A stretch of 64,000 nucleotides of DNA from a virus. The DNA lies in IMG/VR virus record IMGVR_UViG_3300020456_000005; one strand, 5' to 3'. A program made the position numbers and the translations under genes. The notes beneath the pieces are model-generated. The model saw only the letters and a program-made list of their open reading frames with translations, did not search any database and was not told the DNA's origin. The first letter of the stretch is position 1; every line of letters starts with the position of its first letter. Below, piece after piece: positions 26,465 through 35,200 of this stretch.

Positions 26465-26686
26465 ATGATCAACGTTTCCTGCATCTCCCCCAGCGTCTCG
26501 CAATCAGTCTGGACTCTCAAGGTCAACCCGTTCACTGGCACATGCCGTGTCCGTTGGTTCAAAACTCCTTCGGCAGAGTACACGTTTAAAACTCGTAAGC
26601 GTGATATCCTAGCACTGATGATGGCGGGTGATCGCTCGGTCGGTCAGTGGGTAAACTGGCACATGCGCCGTTGCTCTGTTGCCTGA
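26465..26686 (+). CDS. KTSC-like small protein
   Basis: SQSVWTLKVNP..CRVRWF..EYTF..SVGQWVN. Confidence 0.55.
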   Translation: MINVSCISPSVSQSVWTLKVNPFTGTCRVRWFKTPSAEYTFKTRKRDILALMMAGDRSVGQWVNWHMRRCSVA

Positions 26687-26698
26687 TTGCTCTATAAT
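26642..26698 (+). promoter_or_regulatory. Early promoter with palindrome
   Basis: GGTCAGTGggtaAACTGGCACA (26642-63), TTGCTC-16-TATAAT (26693-98). Confidence 0.75.
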
Positions 26699-26704
26699 AA
26701 AAGC

Positions 26705-26932
26705 ATGAACACAAACGACCAACTCCCCAAGCACATGCAGGACCGTTACGAGGTACGCGACGGGTTCATCATCTCCAAAGGATGCACCGACCCTGTGATC
26801 TTCGCCGCCATGGAATCCATCAAAGCAGACATGCTGAGAGAAACCCAAGAGCGGCAGGCAATCCGTGAGGGTCGCCTACCCGCTCCCCGTTATCAAAACT
26901 GGGGAGTCTGGAACATTTCTGACCGTCACTGA
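26705..26932 (+). CDS. Hypothetical early protein (probably leaderless)
   Basis: ATG 6 nt after TATAAT; C-terminal WGVWNISDRH. Confidence 0.7.
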   Translation: MNTNDQLPKHMQDRYEVRDGFIISKGCTDPVIFAAMESIKADMLRETQERQAIREGRLPAPRYQNWGVWNISDRH

Positions 26933-26939
26933 TTCTACC

Positions 26940-27173
26940 ATGATCCAAACCACTTGGGCAGTCCAACCCGCCAACTGGACAAACTTTGATCCTGAGGGTG
27001 CGATCCAATGCGCCGACATTGAGACAGCATACAAGATCTGCCAATCAGTCATCGGTGAGGGTGATCAGATGATTTGGAAGATGACCGCAGGCGACCCCAT
27101 CCGATGGGTGAGGGTCTATGAAGACGAGAGCATAGATGCTGTGACGGATCAACATCTGGCACACCTCGTGTAG
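26940..27173 (+). CDS. Hypothetical protein
   Basis: MIQTTWAVQPANW...; ATG 26940 preferred. Confidence 0.7.
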   Translation: MIQTTWAVQPANWTNFDPEGAIQCADIETAYKICQSVIGEGDQMIWKMTAGDPIRWVRVYEDESIDAVTDQHLAHLV

Positions 27174-27198
27174 ACCTGCGCCTCATTCCCTGTATAAT
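27140..27198 (+). promoter_or_regulatory. Early promoter with palindrome
   Basis: TGTGACGGATcaacATCTGGCACA (27140-63), TAGACC-16-TATAAT (27193-98). Confidence 0.75.
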
Positions 27199-27224
27199 AA
27201 AAGAGTAAACAAACAACACACCAC

Positions 27225-27476
27225 ATGCAAACACTTCAAACCATGATCCCTGAGCGCACTGACTATAACGGTTGGGCAAACTATGAGACTTGGAATGTTG
27301 CTCTCTGGTTGCAGAATGATGAGTGCATGTATAACATTGCTCGGAAGTATTCTGAGTATGATATGCTCATCCCACGCCTTGAACTTAACTTCGGGAAGAT
27401 GACACCAGATGGCGTACGTTGGATGGATGGTGTTATTGACACTGACGAACTTGACGAGATGCTAGAAGATCTCTGA
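27225..27476 (+). CDS. Phage hypothetical early protein
   Basis: YNGWANYETWNVALWLQNDE..TPDGVRW motif. Confidence 0.8.
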   Translation: MQTLQTMIPERTDYNGWANYETWNVALWLQNDECMYNIARKYSEYDMLIPRLELNFGKMTPDGVRWMDGVIDTDELDEMLEDL

Positions 27477-27495
27477 TCACACAGTTAGTAACACT

Positions 27496-27521
27496 GGGGG
27501 CAGTTAAATTGCCCCCTTTTT
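27496..27521 (+). terminator. Intrinsic terminator closing the early island
   Basis: GGGGGCAG-ttaaa-TTGCCCCC followed by TTTTT. Confidence 0.8.
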
Positions 27522-27588
27522 GGTATATTGGGGTTGCCGAGCGGGACTCCTACCTCTTCCCTAACCTACAAAAGTATCCCAACGACCG

Positions 27589-27595
27589 ATAAATA
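27589..27595 (+). promoter_or_regulatory. Late promoter ATAAATA
   Basis: Upstream of the first gene of the late block. Confidence 0.6.
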
Positions 27596-27652
27596 TTATT
27601 GTAATTCGTTATGTGAAATACCGTGAAACTAAAAAATTCGCCCAAAAAAATT

Positions 27653-27913
27653 ATGTCTGAAAACCTCGTGATTACAGAAGAGACTGTCATTGGTGATCTG
27701 AATGACCCTTTGAAGAAGGACCCCCAGTTTGTGCTCGCAGTGCATGAGCAACAGATCAATAAGATGGCAGATGTAATCCAAGAAATTGCCGAGCGCCTTG
27801 TAAGTCTAGAAGCGAAGGTAATTGAAGTAGAGAACCTCATGAGATTCCCTGATGGGGAACATCCACTAGATAAGTATCCTGAAGTATCTGGGAGACTGAA
27901 CGTTGGAGAATAA
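27653..27913 (+). CDS. Hypothetical coiled-coil protein
   Basis: ATG 27653; heptad-like IQEIAERLVSLEAKV. Confidence 0.7.
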   Translation: MSENLVITEETVIGDLNDPLKKDPQFVLAVHEQQINKMADVIQEIAERLVSLEAKVIEVENLMRFPDGEHPLDKYPEVSGRLNVGE

Positions 27914-28169
27914 TTTATACGAAGAGATACTGAATAACTTTGATGCATTCTGCGACCAGTTTGAGGGCGCAGCAGCAAAAAGATTTGCAGGATTAGACAA
28001 TGACTCAAGACAACCAATTGACAATACAGAAGTTAAACGATCAACTCCAAGAGCTGCTCAAGAGATTGACGACGGTGGAGCAGAGGGTATCATCGTTAGA
28101 GAACCCCCAATTGATGTACAAGCCTCCCCAGTCCCAGAGTTATCTGACTTTGGGGGAGACGTTGAATGA
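27903..28169 (+). CDS. Hypothetical protein (TTG start, overlaps next ORF)
   Basis: EILNNFDAFCDQFEGAAAKRF. Confidence 0.5.
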   Translation: MENNLYEEILNNFDAFCDQFEGAAAKRFAGLDNDSRQPIDNTEVKRSTPRAAQEIDDGGAEGIIVREPPIDVQASPVPELSDFGGDVE

Positions 28170-28221
28170 CGTTTATAGGAAGTTAGAAGAATGCCAAACC
28201 TCGTTGGACCAGAAACAGTAG
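28000..28221 (+). CDS. Hypothetical coiled-coil protein
   Basis: LTTVEQRVSSLENPQLMYKPP..TLGETL. Confidence 0.6.
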   Translation: MTQDNQLTIQKLNDQLQELLKRLTTVEQRVSSLENPQLMYKPPQSQSYLTLGETLNDVYRKLEECQTSLDQKQ

Positions 28222-28565
28222 ACACTTCAAGTACAGATGCAAACTGTTTGTACCCTGCAGCGCCCCTAGGAGGGACTCCATACGCCACTAAGGTGTATGC
28301 CGATGGTAAACCTATAGAGATCTACGATAACCTCTCTAAACCTGCTTCTATTGCAGGACAGAAAATTAATCCACTCATTCCTGCACCTTGTCAACCAGGT
28401 GAGAGGATCATCAGACCAACTATTAACAATACTGTCTTTTTCAACGGAAGGTTACCTGCAGTTACTGGGGACGAAGCACAGTTAGTTTTAGGAGGTACAC
28501 CGAGGCCCTTGACAGGACCGTTCCAACATCCTACAATAATCATAGGTTCAAATTTAGCGAATTAA
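28191..28565 (+). CDS. PAAR-like / T4 gp5.4-like baseplate spike-tip protein
   Basis: KVYADGKPI and TVFFNGRLPAVTGD repeats; positioned shortly upstream of gp25. Confidence 0.6.
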   Translation: MPNLVGPETVDTSSTDANCLYPAAPLGGTPYATKVYADGKPIEIYDNLSKPASIAGQKINPLIPAPCQPGERIIRPTINNTVFFNGRLPAVTGDEAQLVLGGTPRPLTGPFQHPTIIIGSNLAN

Positions 28566-28567
28566 TT

Positions 28568-28714
28568 ATGGCACGAAGCAAAGTCGGACTTTCTGGCGGA
28601 CTCATGATTGAGTCTGTTCCCAAGAAAACTCGTCAGGGATCTGGGCAACACACAAAGTATGCTGCCACGTCTCGGAATGGTAAGAAGAAGCGTTATCGCG
28701 GACAGGGCAAATGA
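28568..28714 (+). CDS. Small basic cyanophage protein (48 aa, not in ORF track)
   Basis: MARSKVGLSG..PKKTRQGSGQHTKYAATSRNGKKKRYRGQGK. Confidence 0.75.
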   Translation: MARSKVGLSGGLMIESVPKKTRQGSGQHTKYAATSRNGKKKRYRGQGK

Positions 28715-29232
28715 CCCGAGCGCCGAAACTCCGAGATTTATTGTTTATCTCACAAGATAAGGAGATGGCGATGATTCAGGAGATGATATATAAAGTGAAG
28801 ATGTCTAATTGGGATATCCATCCTTCTAAGACATGTCTCTTGTGTGTCTCTCCTGATTACTCAAGTATAGTAACGCAGCACCTCTGTCACGGTTTATCCA
28901 TGGATAGAGAGTGTTTTCACGTTGAATCTGTAAACGTTCCTTTTCCTGATGAAGATGTTGGGAAATATAAAGAAGCATTTATTGCTAATTTTTCGGAATG
29001 GGTATTAGATTGGGATAACTTTGTTTTATGTGAAGCAGGAGTTATTCGTGGTGGTAATTATACTTGGATAACAGAAGTGATGGAAGAATTCGCAATTCCG
29101 AATTACTATACTCTTTCACTTTGCGAAAACATTCATAGTAAATTTAAAAGCGATTTAGTAACTCATTATTATGACGACAACACGGAAGACTTACACTTCT
29201 GGTGGGAACAACCAAACAATCACTGGAGCTAA
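28711..29232 (+). CDS. Phosphoribosyltransferase-fold-like protein
   Basis: FVLCEAGVIRGGNY resembles a degenerate PRPP-binding loop; ends LHFWWE as in PRT-type proteins. Confidence 0.5.
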   Translation: MTRAPKLRDLLFISQDKEMAMIQEMIYKVKMSNWDIHPSKTCLLCVSPDYSSIVTQHLCHGLSMDRECFHVESVNVPFPDEDVGKYKEAFIANFSEWVLDWDNFVLCEAGVIRGGNYTWITEVMEEFAIPNYYTLSLCENIHSKFKSDLVTHYYDDNTEDLHFWWEQPNNHWS

Positions 29233-29233
29233 G

Positions 29234-29449
29234 ATGGGCAATTCACGAGTTGATAAAGGACAAAGTTTTATTGATGAGGGGATGACTCTAATCACTGAAA
29301 CTGATAGTGACAAGTATTTGAACATGGCGTCAAAGCGTAATCGTAATAAGAAAAAAGAAGAACTATACCCAATGCCTGAGGACCGTATGGAGAAACCATG
29401 TGGTGGTGCAGGTGGATTTGATGATTTTGTGGAGCGTTGGACTGAATGA
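29234..29449 (+). CDS. Small cyanophage hypothetical protein
   Basis: MGNSRVDK..GMTLITETDSDKYL; GGAG SD. Confidence 0.7.
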   Translation: MGNSRVDKGQSFIDEGMTLITETDSDKYLNMASKRNRNKKKEELYPMPEDRMEKPCGGAGGFDDFVERWTE

Positions 29450-30051
29450 GTTTATCAATTGATAAGAAGCAGTTTTTTCCTACTCAACTTCTAGCATTTC
29501 GTAATGATCTTAATTCTAAGAAGTTGAATAGGAAAATTGCTAACTACGTTATTGAGCAAAGTAAAAAGAATCCAAATACTAAGAGATATTCCGTAGGTGG
29601 AGAGACTGGATGGCATTCTGAATGTAATCTTCATGATCTACCCTACGATTGGTCTCAAGAACTGCGTATGATGATCCTAGGAGCGTCTAGTGCGTTTGTT
29701 GGTATTGATATTGAACAACAACCATATCATATAGAAGCATGGGCAATAAAACTAGGAAAAGGCAGTTATTCAAACTACCATAGTCATCCTGGTTTCCGTC
29801 TAAGTGGTGTTTACTATGTAAAGGTGCCGAGTGAGTGCGATGAACTCAAAGGATCAATTGCATTTCCAGACACTAGAGCAGGAGCTATGGGTACTGCTTT
29901 TGAAATGCCAACGATTAACTTTAAAGCATCTGAAGGTGAGGGTTTAGTTTTTCAGAGTTGGTTACCTCACTATGTAACTCCGCATATTGGTGATGAAGAA
30001 AGGATTAGTGTTTCATGGAATATACGTTTTGATGAGGAACCCACTAAATAA
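29446..30051 (+). CDS. Putative 2OG-Fe(II) oxygenase (TIGR02466-like)
   Basis: WAI..HSHP..LSGVYYVK..FQSWLPHYV..RISVSWNI. Confidence 0.88.
   Translation: MSLSIDKKQFFPTQLLAFRNDLNSKKLNRKIANYVIEQSKKNPNTKRYSVGGETGWHSECNLHDLPYDWSQELRMMILGASSAFVGIDIEQQPYHIEAWAIKLGKGSYSNYHSHPGFRLSGVYYVKVPSECDELKGSIAFPDTRAGAMGTAFEMPTINFKASEGEGLVFQSWLPHYVTPHIGDEERISVSWNIRFDEEPTK
30044..30050 (+). promoter_or_regulatory. Late promoter CTAAATA
   Basis: Overlaps the stop of the upstream gene, 24 nt before gp25. Confidence 0.6.
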
Positions 30052-30073
30052 CTAGTGACTCCGTAAACTCTTA

Positions 30074-30469
30074 ATGGCAACGTCTAATCTCTCGTTTAGA
30101 GATGTCAATATCACCTTTAAGAAGCATCCTGTTACTGACGACGTAGTTGTTAGTAAGGATAATGCTGCTATTAAGCAGTCTATCATCAGTTTACTTCTTA
30201 CTAACAGGGGTGAACGTCTATTCAATTCGGACTTTGGTTCGGATATTAGATCATTTTTGTTTGAACCTTTAGACTTTGGTACTGCTGCTCAAATCAAGAT
30301 GGGCATTCGTAGTACTATCAAACAATACGAACCAAGAATATCAGTACAAGCCGTTGTTGTCATTCCAAACTATGACGACAACGGTTTTGATGTGGAAATG
30401 ACTTATCAAATAAGAGGAACAGATGTCCCCCCTGTACAAATAGAATTCTTCCTGTCTAGGACGAGATAA
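30074..30469 (+). CDS. gp25: Baseplate wedge subunit gp25
   Basis: AIKQSI..LLLTNRGERLFNSDFGS..LFEP..YEPRI. Confidence 0.93.
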   Translation: MATSNLSFRDVNITFKKHPVTDDVVVSKDNAAIKQSIISLLLTNRGERLFNSDFGSDIRSFLFEPLDFGTAAQIKMGIRSTIKQYEPRISVQAVVVIPNYDDNGFDVEMTYQIRGTDVPPVQIEFFLSRTR

Positions 30470-32271
30470 TGCCATATACTCAGTTAAACAATTTAGATTT
30501 CAATGAAATCAAAACTGCTCTCAAAGATTACATGAGAGCGCAAACGGATTTTACTGACTATGATTTTGAGGGGTCGGCATTAAGTCAACTTTTAGATGTA
30601 TTAGCATATAACACGTACTACACGGCGTTCAATGCTAATATGGTAGTCAATGAGATGTTCCTTGACTCCGCTACTCTTAGAGACAACGTAGTAGCGTTAG
30701 CAAAGCAATTAGGGTATACACCGAAGTCAATTACCGCACCGAAAGCGGAAGTAAGTTTTAATTTAACATTTACTAGCACTGCTCCCGCGTCTGTAACGAT
30801 AAAGGCGGGAACAGGGTTTGTAACTAATTATGACAGTAGTTTATATCGTTATATCTTAAAAAATGACGTTAAGGTAGAAGTATCTAATAAAATTGCGTCA
30901 TTTACGGATATTCCAGTCTACGAAGGTGCATCTGTTGTAACTAGAACTAGTTTTGATACTTCTCTTAAGTCACAACGCTTTAAAATTGAAAATCCTTCGG
31001 CAGATTTGAATACACTAGTAGTAAATGTGTATCAATCTGTTGGATCCTCTGTATTTCAAGAATATAAGAGAGCTGACAGTGTTCTTGATATTGGTTCTGA
31101 TGATAATGTGTATTTCATCAGTGAGATTGAAGATGAGCAGTATGAAATTTTCTTTGGAGACAATATTTTAGGTAATAGACCTGATAACGGTGAGATTGTT
31201 GAGATCTCTTATATTTCTACTAATGGACCTTCATCAAACGGTGCAAAGTCATTTACATTCAATGGTAGGATAGAAGATGAGAACAATGTTGCGATTACAG
31301 TACCATTTAATGTAAGTACGGTCACAACTGTTAGTAAATCATCTGGTGGTGCTGATATTGAGAGTATTGAGAAAATTAAATACAATGCACCTAAGTTCTA
31401 CGGATCTCAAAATCGTGCAGTAACATCTAACGACTATAGTGCAATCGTTAGGAATCTATATCCATCTATTAGTGATATCATTGTATTTGGTGGAGAGGAT
31501 CAAGTTCCACCAGAATACGGTAAGGTATTCATTTCAGTAAAACCAAATGAAGCAGCATCACTTTCTGCGTTAACAAAATCTGATTTAACTCAGCAACTAA
31601 GACAATATACAGTTGCATCAGTTAAACCTCAATTTATTGATCCATCTATTCTATATGTTGAGTTAGATAGTAAAATTTATTTTGATGGGACTAAGACAAA
31701 CAAACTTCCTACTGAAGTAGCATCCACTGCGGCCACTGGTATTGTAGAATATTTAAAAACATCAGAAACTGAAAAGTTTAATGGTAAGTTTAGATATAGT
31801 AAGTTTATTGGTGTAATTGATGGATCAGATCATTCTATCAATTCTAATAACACTACAGTGACTCTAAGGAAGGATTTCTATGCACAGATTAATGCATCTT
31901 CCTATTATGAGGTATGTTATCAGAATCCTTTCTTAAAAGATTGCGATAATCCAGTGCTTTCTTCTACTGGTATGACAGTCTTTGAGTATCCTAATTATAC
32001 CACGTATCTTGAGGATAGAGATGGCAAAATCGTCCTATATAGACTAGATTCCTTGACTGGAGAAAAAATTCTCCTTAATGATTCTATTGGTGATATTGAT
32101 TATATGCACGGCGAGGTTAAATTATATAATTTCACTATCTTAAAAGGATCGTTCTCAGACAACCGAGTTGAATTGAGAGTTAAACCTGCTAATAAGGATA
32201 TTGAAGTAAAACGTGAGGTATATCTAGATGTTGATATATCAAAAAGTACATTTGTAGCATACAAAGAGTAG
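30469..32271 (+). CDS. gp6: Baseplate wedge subunit gp6
   Basis: LDFNEIK..FTDYDFEGS..LLDVLAYNTYY..EMFLDSATLR..QNRAVTSNDY..YGKVFI. Confidence 0.95.
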   Translation: MPYTQLNNLDFNEIKTALKDYMRAQTDFTDYDFEGSALSQLLDVLAYNTYYTAFNANMVVNEMFLDSATLRDNVVALAKQLGYTPKSITAPKAEVSFNLTFTSTAPASVTIKAGTGFVTNYDSSLYRYILKNDVKVEVSNKIASFTDIPVYEGASVVTRTSFDTSLKSQRFKIENPSADLNTLVVNVYQSVGSSVFQEYKRADSVLDIGSDDNVYFISEIEDEQYEIFFGDNILGNRPDNGEIVEISYISTNGPSSNGAKSFTFNGRIEDENNVAITVPFNVSTVTTVSKSSGGADIESIEKIKYNAPKFYGSQNRAVTSNDYSAIVRNLYPSISDIIVFGGEDQVPPEYGKVFISVKPNEAASLSALTKSDLTQQLRQYTVASVKPQFIDPSILYVELDSKIYFDGTKTNKLPTEVASTAATGIVEYLKTSETEKFNGKFRYSKFIGVIDGSDHSINSNNTTVTLRKDFYAQINASSYYEVCYQNPFLKDCDNPVLSSTGMTVFEYPNYTTYLEDRDGKIVLYRLDSLTGEKILLNDSIGDIDYMHGEVKLYNFTILKGSFSDNRVELRVKPANKDIEVKREVYLDVDISKSTFVAYKE

Positions 32272-32274
32272 TAG

Positions 32275-35200
32275 ATGCTTAAGACTGCTAATAAAATCTC
32301 ATTTCTAGTTGAGTCTCAGTTACCAGACTTCATTAATGAAGAGTACGAACTTTTTAGTAAGTTTGTAAGGAAGTACTATGAGCAATTAGAGTTACAGGGT
32401 CAACCTGTTGATATTATCACGAATCTTGAAACATATCGTGATATAGATTTTTATGAGAAAAATGTATTAAAGCAGTCAACTACTATTACTGGCAACCTAT
32501 CCAGTAATGCAGATGTTATTAACGTAGTAGACGCTGCATCATTTCCAAAAAGTGGATATATCAAAATTGATGATGAAATTTGTTTCTATGGTAATAGAAC
32601 AGAGACTTCATTCTTAGAAGTAAGTCGTGGTGTTAGTGGAAACACAACATTAGGAGATCTTTACAAATCTAGTACATTTGTAACTACTCAGTCATCTACT
32701 CATGTTAATGGGTCAACTGTACAGAATATCAGTAATTTGTTTCTGTATGCATTAGTCAAAAGTTTTGAAGATCAATACCTTGCAGATTTTCCAGAAGCGT
32801 ATTTAAAAGAAGGTGTAGACAAGAGAACTCTTATTAAGAATATCTCTTCTTTTTACAGATCAAAGGGAACTGACAATTCAATCAAATTTCTATTCAAATG
32901 TTTGGTTGAAGAGGATCCAAATCCAGAAATTGCATATCCAAGAGATTTTACATTAAAATCATCTGAATCTAATTGGATTCAATCATATGCACTAAGAGTA
33001 AAGATTATTAGTGGCGAACCAAATAATTTAATTGGTAAAAGAATTGTTCAAAACGTAGAAGGTAACTATGCTTCTGCTGTTGTAGATAACGTTAAGTATA
33101 GCGGTACATACGATGGAGAGGCATTGTATGACATTATCTTAAATGAGCAAAGTGTTAATGGAACATTTGAGAAATCGTTAAAAACTGTATTGACTAGTCC
33201 AATTGTTGGATCTTTGACAGTTGGTGATAGAGTAAATGTATTCTCTACTATGGGGTGGGGAAAGAAAGGATCATTCTCTATAGGATTAGAGACATTTACG
33301 TTTGAAGAGAAAAATGTAAATCAATTTATAATTAAGACAAGATCTGGTACGGGATCTCATCAATCAGGAGAATCTGTTACTTATAACCTAGAAGTAACTT
33401 CTGATGATGTCAAATTACAAGTATTTGGAATTTTATATGGATTACAGAATGTTATTGAATCTCCATATTCAAATGTTGGTGAAAGTGTAGAAATTTCTGA
33501 ATCTGGATTCCTAACAGATGATATCAGAATTAACGACACTCAAAATAATCTAAGATGGGTTGATAGCACTGGCGTTGCAGCAATTGCAGACCTTAATCCT
33601 AATGTTTCTGCCATCTTTGAAGATGGTGAAGGATATTACATTGCTTCATCAGGATTTCCATCACATGCTATTGGAACTCTTCCATCTGATGCTCAAGATC
33701 AGAAACTATTAAAGATTATTAGAAAGCATCCTATACAGACTACAGAAGTCTATAAGACATTATATCGTGATATTGGTGTTGCTGTCAATGGTATTCCATT
33801 CTTAAGTTATAAAGACGAAGAAGTAGTTAATAGTGGTGCATTACAATCTGTAGCGATTACATCTAGAGGTGCTGGTTATAATAAACCTCCATTTGTGTTA
33901 ATTGATGGTGTTTCAGATTTAGCAAGAACTAAACTAGCAGGTCAAGTAGTTGAATCAGTTGTTATTGATACTCCTGGTAATTACACTGCAGTTCCTACTA
34001 TAGAAATATTGTCTGGTAGGAATGCTCAGGCAAGAGCAGTTGTTACTAATGGTGAAATTACTAGTATTGTAGTTGAGAATGAAGGTGAGTACTATTCCTC
34101 AGCACCAGAAGTAAGAATTACTGATTCTGCAGGTAGAGGTAGATTTGCAACATATCGTGCAGTTGTTACTACTGCAGGAACTATTGACAGATTTGAAAAA
34201 ATCAATGGTGGTAGTCTATATTCTCAAGAAAATGTACAGGTAGACATTATTGCGGTAGGATCTGGTGCTACTGGAACCGCATCTATTAGACAATGGAGAA
34301 AAGATAAGTTTTATAAGAATGAATCTTCTCTTGATTCTGAAAATGGTTATTTCTTCCCAAATTACGTAACTAACCGTGGTTCTGGGTATGCATACTATGC
34401 TGCACCATCAACTATTAGATCTGGTGATACTGGAGTAAATCATTCTCCTATTATTGGTTTTGCATATGATGGTAATCCAATCTATGGTCCTTTTGGACAT
34501 CAAAACCCACTAGATTCTCAAAGTCTCATTGTGAGAATGACTAGTAGTTATAGTAAAAACAATGTAAGATCTGGTGGTCCATTAGTTAGTCAATACCCTA
34601 TCGGAACATTTATTGATGACTATACTTTTGTTGCTGAGTATGGAAGTCTGGATCAAAACAATGGACGCTATTGCGTAACACCAGATTATCCAGAAGGAAC
34701 TTATGCATATTTTGTAACTTTAGATAATCAGAATGATCCTGTATTCCCATATATTTTAGGTGATAACTATTATTCTCTACCAGTTGATTCTAATTACAAT
34801 TCAGAACTTTCTCAGGATGATATTCCTAAAACTGCAAGAAGACTTAGAACATCTGGTATTACTAGAAATGGTCAGTCTGCATTAGCAAAAATTGCAGATG
34901 TAAAACGAGGTAGTATTAGTTCTGTTTCTATTACTGGTAGCACTAGTAATTTCTCTGTTGGATCTGAGTTAATTATTGATGATTCGGATACTGATGGTTT
35001 TGGAGCAAGTGCAGAAGTCTCTTCAGTAAAGGGAAGACAAGTATCTAGTATTGAATCGCAAGATATTAAATCTCTGTTTATTGAGTTAAAAACAACTGCT
35101 TATTTGTTTGATGGTGATATAATCACTCAATCTAACACTGGAGCTACTGGTCAGATTGTAGGAGATGTATTTTCATCTACCAAATTTGCTTTACGTAATG

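Noticed and set aside
15138-27198. Recurring palindrome as a CRISPR array or integron attC sites
   Set aside because: The copies are degenerate, irregularly spaced by whole genes and tied to -10 boxes. There are no cas or integrase genes and no GTTRRRY/RYYYAAC structure.
24095-27652. tRNA or other known ncRNA genes in intergenic gaps
   Set aside because: No cloverleaf or T-loop (GTTCRA) context was recognisable by eye.
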